Shown: positions 59,019 to 64,000 of the stretch, piece after piece
Layout: the number at the start of each line of letters is the position of its first letter
How positions within the stretch are numbered: the first letter of the stretch is position 1
Assembly (NCBI GenBank): GCA_965140585.1
Contig: OZ223268.1
Location: forward strand, 1 to 64,000
Length of the DNA: 64,000 nucleotides
Direction of reading: 5' to 3'
DNA from: Spirochaetia bacterium
GTDB taxonomy: Bacteria; Spirochaetota; Spirochaetia; UBA9216
Made by a program: the position numbers and the translations under genes
Notes under the pieces: model-generated
Databases searched by the model: none
What the model was told of the DNA's origin: nothing
Seen by the model: the letters and a program-made list of their open reading frames with translations, nothing else

Positions 59019-60503
59019 TCACTGCAGAGTTATTATAACAGATCCGTCTCCCGTATTGCCACCGGCAGTATTCGACTGATTTGTTCCGGTGTTGTATGAA
59101 CCGCCGCCCCCGCCGCCGTAATAGACACTTGAATAATACTGACCGCCTGTACCGCCGGAGTATCCGCCGCCTGCACCGCCGCCGCCGCTTGTATTATGGT
59201 TTCCTCCGCCGCCTCCGAAGCCGCCGTATGAATCACCATCACGTGATGAACCGCCGGTTGCTCCGTTGAGAAATGAAAGGCCTGGATATCCGGAATTACT
59301 CTGCTGAGCGGTTCCGTCACCTATAAATCCGCCGCCGCCTCCGCCGCCGCTTGTATTATCAGTACTGCCTGAAAGACCTCCGCCGCCTGCAGCACCGGGG
59401 GTTCCGTATCCGCCGCCGTCCAGGGTTCCGTCAGTTCCGGTATCTCCGTCAACACCCGGGGCACTTCCGCTACCTCCGACACCGCCGCCTCCGCCTGCAG
59501 CTATAAGGGGGGTAACTTTGTAGGAGCTGGCTGCAATAGTATATGACGAACCTGAATCAACAAGGCTTACAAAAGACCCACCGCCGCCTGCACTTGAAAG
59601 AGTTGAAGCGGCAGACTGGGAGCCCTGCTGTCCGACAAGGATGATAAGCTGATCGCCGGAAGTCATGTTGAAATCACCGATTATAACCGCACCGTTTGCT
59701 CCTGTGTAGCTTGAGTCGTAGTTTTCAGCACCCTGAGCGCCTCTTGCTTCTATTGTGTATGTTCCGGTTGCGGGAACCGTCCACAGCTGATACCCGTCAT
59801 CAGCCGACGGATTGGTGACCGCACCGTCAAGTGATGTACCTGAATACGCTGATGTAAGCATACTCTGGGTTGGGCCGCTGGCCCCTGAAGCCCCCGCTGC
59901 CGTAAAAGTATAAGTCTGTGAGGTTAACCACTGGGCATACAGAGTCTGTCTTGTCATAGACTGTCTGGTATATGATGCTCCGCCTGCGTATGAATCACCA
60001 GAACCGTCTGCTGAGGTATTCCAGCCTGTAAAGCTGTAGCCTGATTTCACAAATACATTGGACGGCAGACTGATTGTTTCACCTACAGCAACCCGTAGTC
60101 CTTCCATACTGCCGCTGTCTGCAAAGTTTCCGTCAAAGAGCAGACTAAGAGTCCAGTCCATATTAAGAATAATCTCAGCCGTTTCTCCTGCTGCAAGATT
60201 TTCGGATGAGGTTCCTATATAAATTGAACTGCCGTCTGAATCGAAAGCTTCCAGACTTATTAGGCGGCTGTCACCTGCATTTACTTCGGCGGTAATTTCT
60301 TCTCCGGGAGCAAAGGACAAAGGAGAGAAGCTCACCCCCTCACCTTCTACAGAAAGCTTCAGACTTTGCACCGAGGTGGGTACAGTAAGCCCTCTTGAGG
60401 ATGCAGTGTATATCTTTATTACAGAATACTGGAGGCTATCATTATTTAGAGTGCAGGATATAACTGTAAGTATAATTATAAAAATAAAAAATAATCTTCT
60501 CAT
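59019..60503 (-). CDS. Lipoprotein with InlB-B-like repeat and ALK/LTK-type glycine-rich domain
   Basis: Lipobox VISC; FDGN..SGSM..KSGYSFTGWNTSADGSG..TLYAQW; QLWTVPATGTYTIEARGAQG...GGFGGGGG...GGGYSGG...GDGSVIIT. Confidence 0.8.
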   Translation of the reverse strand: MRRLFFIFIIILTVISCTLNNDSLQYSVIKIYTASSRGLTVPTSVQSLKLSVEGEGVSFSPLSFAPGEEITAEVNAGDSRLISLEAFDSDGSSIYIGTSSENLAAGETAEIILNMDWTLSLLFDGNFADSGSMEGLRVAVGETISLPSNVFVKSGYSFTGWNTSADGSGDSYAGGASYTRQSMTRQTLYAQWLTSQTYTFTAAGASGASGPTQSMLTSAYSGTSLDGAVTNPSADDGYQLWTVPATGTYTIEARGAQGAENYDSSYTGANGAVIIGDFNMTSGDQLIILVGQQGSQSAASTLSSAGGGGSFVSLVDSGSSYTIAASSYKVTPLIAAGGGGGVGGSGSAPGVDGDTGTDGTLDGGGYGTPGAAGGGGLSGSTDNTSGGGGGGGFIGDGTAQQSNSGYPGLSFLNGATGGSSRDGDSYGGFGGGGGNHNTSGGGGAGGGYSGGTGGQYYSSVYYGGGGGGSYNTGTNQSNTAGGNTGDGSVIITLQ

Positions 60504-60714
60504 TTCCGGCTCCTTGAGAATCCATTAACATCAATTACATTTTGGAGCTTACTTTGAGAAATTTATTTAGTAATGGTTAAATTATAGTAATAGAAAAAAC
60601 CAGAATCAAGAAAACTGTTATAGATATTTTGCCGGTTTTAATTCATTTTTTACAAATTTTACTATACATGATAAAATATTGTAAATTTACATTAAAAAAT
60701 ATAGGGAACTGAAA

Positions 60715-62532
60715 ATGAATAAAATCATGATAAAGGTTATTCTCTCATGCCTCATATTCTGTTCTGCGGCCATTCCTGGATTTTCTCAGGACAGCAATGA
60801 TGAATCATCCGGCAGTCAAACCATCTATTATAATCCATCTTCATCGAATGACGGCGTAGCCACAAAAGCGGAAATAAGATGGAAGATATACCGGTATATG
60901 ACAGAAGTTGTTTTCATGCTCAACCTCAGGCTTGAAATGACCGGAAGCGAGGTCTATGTAGAAGGAAAACGATACAGCAAAAATGAACTGGGAGAGGTAT
61001 GGAAAAAAATTAAAGTACAGAAATCGAGTTTTAAATTAAAAGCTGATCTGGCTGTTATGCACGGAAGAGCTCTGGGAACAGGAACCCTGACCATCTGGCA
61101 GGAAGGCACAATGACAGGTCTGGACGGATACTTTGGATTATCCAACAGTGATCTAAGGGGCTTGTATGACGGTGGCGGCGGGAATCTTGAGCTGAGAAAT
61201 TTTAAATTGACGGAATTAAGTTTTGAAGGCCTGTATGATGTTAAGCAGTATATACGACAGAAAGAAAGAGAAGAGCAGCAGGCTAAAGAGCTGGAACAGA
61301 AAGCAGATGCCGCTTATGAAAAGGCATCCAGGCTATACGGAAACCGGGAATGGGAAGCTTCAATCAAAGCATACGAGGAAGCCCTGAAATTATTTCCCGA
61401 CCATTATCAGGCTCCTATGGCAAGATTTAACATTTCCCAGGCAGAAATCAGAATCCGGAATATTCTGGAACAGCAGCAGAAAGCCGACAGTTTATACAGC
61501 CAGGCAGAAAATACTTTTAGAAGCAGGAACTGGCAGGCTTCAATCAATTTTTACAAAGAAGCCTTAAATTTTGCTCCCGAACACAGTAAATCTGCAGAGG
61601 CACAAAGAAATATTCGAACTGCCGAAGAAGAACTTGCTAAAATAGAAGAAAAGGAAAAAACAGAAGCAGAAGCTGCTGATAATGCTTTCCGGAGGGCTGA
61701 TGAATTATACAATGATAAATTTTGGGAAGAAGCTGTCAAAGCGTATCAATATGCCATCGAAAAGTACCCGGATGATTACCGGACTTCATCAGCAGGGCGC
61801 CGAATAAATTATGCAAGACAATACATTGCCAAAGAAGAAGCCGAAGAAAAAGCAAGGATAGATGCAGAGCGTGAACAGGCGGAACGTGAAGAACGGCTGG
61901 AAGCGGCAAGAATAGCCCAGCAGAATCAGCTGAATCAGGCCCAGATGGAAGCCAGACAGAGAGAAGCGGTCAGGCGCCAGCTTGCAAGCTCGATTACCGG
62001 GATTATTGATACCTTTGATTTCGGGTACATAGGCTTTTCCGGAGGGCTTATGTTTCGTGAGGATTATAATGAAGATTATTTTGCCGAATCGGAGTATTCA
62101 ATTATACCCGGAATCAACATAACCGCCCGTGGCGGTTGGCTTATGAACGAAGAGGGTTCCCTTATGAATATGGGCCTGGGACCTGTAATAGGTGCGGGAT
62201 ACTATTTCGGAGATGAACTTACATATCAGGAAATTTATCCGCAGGAGATGGTCACAGAAAATGATACACTTATGATCTATCGCGCAGGTTTAACCATGAT
62301 GGTAATACTGCCTTATATACGCATCGATACTGAATTTTCATACGGATGGGTACTTCCGTATGAGAGTCTATTCGACGGAGAAGCAATGATCATTTCCGTA
62401 ATCCTTGGTTTTGGCAATTTTAATATCGGGATGGATCTGATGTTTATGGAATTTGATGATGAATATTATGAATATGCTGATGAATATAATTCAGGCACAA
62501 GACCTGTAATCACACTGGGATTTGAATTCTAA
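60715..62532 (+). CDS. Secreted TPR/coiled-coil protein with putative C-terminal beta-barrel
   Basis: Signal peptide; three W..SI..Y..AL...P TPR-like units; charged coiled coil; C-terminal ITLGFEF. Confidence 0.7.
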   Translation: MNKIMIKVILSCLIFCSAAIPGFSQDSNDESSGSQTIYYNPSSSNDGVATKAEIRWKIYRYMTEVVFMLNLRLEMTGSEVYVEGKRYSKNELGEVWKKIKVQKSSFKLKADLAVMHGRALGTGTLTIWQEGTMTGLDGYFGLSNSDLRGLYDGGGGNLELRNFKLTELSFEGLYDVKQYIRQKEREEQQAKELEQKADAAYEKASRLYGNREWEASIKAYEEALKLFPDHYQAPMARFNISQAEIRIRNILEQQQKADSLYSQAENTFRSRNWQASINFYKEALNFAPEHSKSAEAQRNIRTAEEELAKIEEKEKTEAEAADNAFRRADELYNDKFWEEAVKAYQYAIEKYPDDYRTSSAGRRINYARQYIAKEEAEEKARIDAEREQAEREERLEAARIAQQNQLNQAQMEARQREAVRRQLASSITGIIDTFDFGYIGFSGGLMFREDYNEDYFAESEYSIIPGINITARGGWLMNEEGSLMNMGLGPVIGAGYYFGDELTYQEIYPQEMVTENDTLMIYRAGLTMMVILPYIRIDTEFSYGWVLPYESLFDGEAMIISVILGFGNFNIGMDLMFMEFDDEYYEYADEYNSGTRPVITLGFEF

Positions 62533-62556
62533 TTAACAGTTAAAAACTGAAAATAT

Positions 62557-62589
62557 AAAGCCCGAATCATATCTTATGATCCGGGCTTT
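62557..62589. terminator. Probable bidirectional terminator between convergent genes
   Basis: AAAGCCCGAATCATA-TCT-TATGATCCGGGCTTT. Confidence 0.75.
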
Positions 62590-62624
62590 GGTTTCTAATA
62601 AAGTGTTACTGAAAATATTTCTGA

Positions 62625-62996
62625 CTATTTTCTTATTCCAAGGCTTCTGACATAGTGAATTCCTGAGTCTTTATCAATGGTCATTTCAAGGTTCATATCT
62701 GTCGGAGCTTTAACAAATTTATATTTTCTTCCGCTTTCAACACAGTAAAATTGAATATAGATACCGTCCATATTGGCACCGGCTTTAAAATCCTGGATAG
62801 TTTTCCCCTCAAAGTCATAATAGACATTTCCGTTCACATCGAGAATTCTAATATTGGTTGAGCTGAATTCCCACACAGCTCCGTATGTATCATCAATCCA
62901 TTTTCCAAGCGGAAACTCACCAAGTTCTATCCCCTCAGCAAAAAGTCCGCCGCCGATAAAAAGAAGAATCAGTGTAACAAACAGAATCTTTTTCAT
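62625..62996 (-). CDS. Secreted hypothetical protein
   Basis: Signal peptide MKKILF...LFA; GGGAG RBS; FPLGKWID...AVWEF. Confidence 0.8.
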   Translation of the reverse strand: MKKILFVTLILLFIGGGLFAEGIELGEFPLGKWIDDTYGAVWEFSSTNIRILDVNGNVYYDFEGKTIQDFKAGANMDGIYIQFYCVESGRKYKFVKAPTDMNLEMTIDKDSGIHYVRSLGIRK

Positions 62997-63074
62997 ATAT
63001 ACTCCCAAGTTTTGTATATTGTTTCTTTAATATACCATTAATGAGAGCCTAAAAGAATTCTTTTATTTTATATT

Positions 63075-64000
63075 CTAGCTGATACGGACCAGGGTCTTCA
63101 TTCTTGAGGGCTCATCGAAATGTCTTAGAGCCTCCCCAAGCTGTTCAAGGCTGATGCTTGACGAAACAAGTGAGGCGGTATCAATATACCCCTGTGTCAG
63201 AAGTTCAAGGCTTTCAGAGATTTCTGTTGTGTAGATCATGGATCCTTTTATGGTAAGTTCTTTTCTTACTATTTTCACAGTTGATACCGGATGTTCAAGC
63301 GCAGGCAAGCCGAGTGTAACAATCACTGCACCGGGGGCTGCAAGTTCAATGCATTCATTAAGTCCTGCAGGAGATCCGGTGGTTTCGAATATAACATCAA
63401 ATTCTCCCTGATGTGAATAAAGCTCATCACTGTCGCCGAAAACACGTGCGGCTCCCATGCTCCTCGCAAGTTCAAGCCTTGAATCCAGTAGATCGCTGCT
63501 TGTAATATTATCACTGTATGCCTTGGCAGTCTGAAGACAGAGCTGACCAATTACTCCAGCACCCAGAACAAGAACCCTGTCTGCTTTTTTTATTCCGGCT
63601 TTCTTGATTCCATGGAGACAAACGGCAAGAGGTTCAGCAAAAACCGCAACCTCATCCGGCATTTCCTCAGGGACCTGAAAGACCGCCGATGCTCGAACTA
63701 CCACATACTCCGCGAATACGCCGTTAATATCTACCCCGAGCCTGATTTTGCGGCTGCAGATATTTGTAAGCCCCTTCCGGCACATATCGCAGACGCCGCA
63801 GAAATAGTTCGGGTGAACAGTAACCCGCTGCCCCGGATTCAGATGTTTGACATTAACTCCTGCCGCATCGATAATACCGACAGCCTCATGACCGGGAATC
63901 AGAGGGAAGGGAGCTTCCAGTTTTCCATGAAACATGGAATTATCAGATCCGCATATTCCGCAAATTTTAACCTGAATACGAACTTCATCAGCTCCGGGAA
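63075..64000 (-). CDS. Zn-dependent alcohol/polyol dehydrogenase (MDR), 5' end outside the window
   Basis: GICGSD upstream of the ORF-track start; GHE, CGVCDMC...NIC, GAGVIG. Confidence 0.92.
   Translation of the reverse strand, partial: PGADEVRIQVKICGICGSDNSMFHGKLEAPFPLIPGHEAVGIIDAAGVNVKHLNPGQRVTVHPNYFCGVCDMCRKGLTNICSRKIRLGVDINGVFAEYVVVRASAVFQVPEEMPDEVAVFAEPLAVCLHGIKKAGIKKADRVLVLGAGVIGQLCLQTAKAYSDNITSSDLLDSRLELARSMGAARVFGDSDELYSHQGEFDVIFETTGSPAGLNECIELAAPGAVIVTLGLPALEHPVSTVKIVRKELTIKGSMIYTTEISESLELLTQGYIDTASLVSSSISLEQLGEALRHFDEPSRMKTLVRIS

Noticed and set aside
59100-59600. GC-rich CCG-repeat patch as foreign or repeat DNA
   Set aside because: Explained by GGC glycine codons of the Gly-rich domain

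Overview
A 64 kb bacterial chromosomal window, most likely from a free-living spirochaete (Spirochaetia). This is inferred from the 'AGG(N/S)QE'-type signal peptides on the binding proteins, spirochaetal lipoboxes and membrane-anchored AraC regulators. No rRNA, tRNA, CRISPR array or transposase was found. Contents from left to right: (1) a rhamnose/AI-2-type sugar ABC operon and a chemoreceptor. (2) A sugar-phosphate-type (SPU-like) bacterial microcompartment operon with deoC, an atypical rpiB, an acylating aldehyde dehydrogenase split by a 1-nt deletion, 2 BMC-H, 2 BMC-T and 4 BMC-P. It sits directly behind an SDR whose promoter carries a DeoR-type operator, next to a DeoR repressor and a polyol/sugar pathway (ribulokinase-like kinase, 2-hydroxyacid dehydrogenase, EryC-like epimerase, Zn-dehydrogenase, allose-like ABC importer). 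(3) An AT-rich TRAP / URO-D-like / LysR / cupin / DUF169 block ending in decayed oxidoreductase remnants. (4) An uncharacterised 8-gene envelope operon (acidic lipoproteins, putative beta-barrel, PrsW protease) opposite a membrane AraC. (5) An AfuABC-like sugar-phosphate importer opposite an HK-RR-second-ATPase operon, with 11-bp phased boxes between them. (6) Signalling genes (Popeye-like cNMP protein, PAS kinase, GGDEF), three consecutive pseudogenes, and surface proteins including an ALK/LTK-like glycine-rich lipoprotein. All family calls come from motif recognition by eye, not from database searches.
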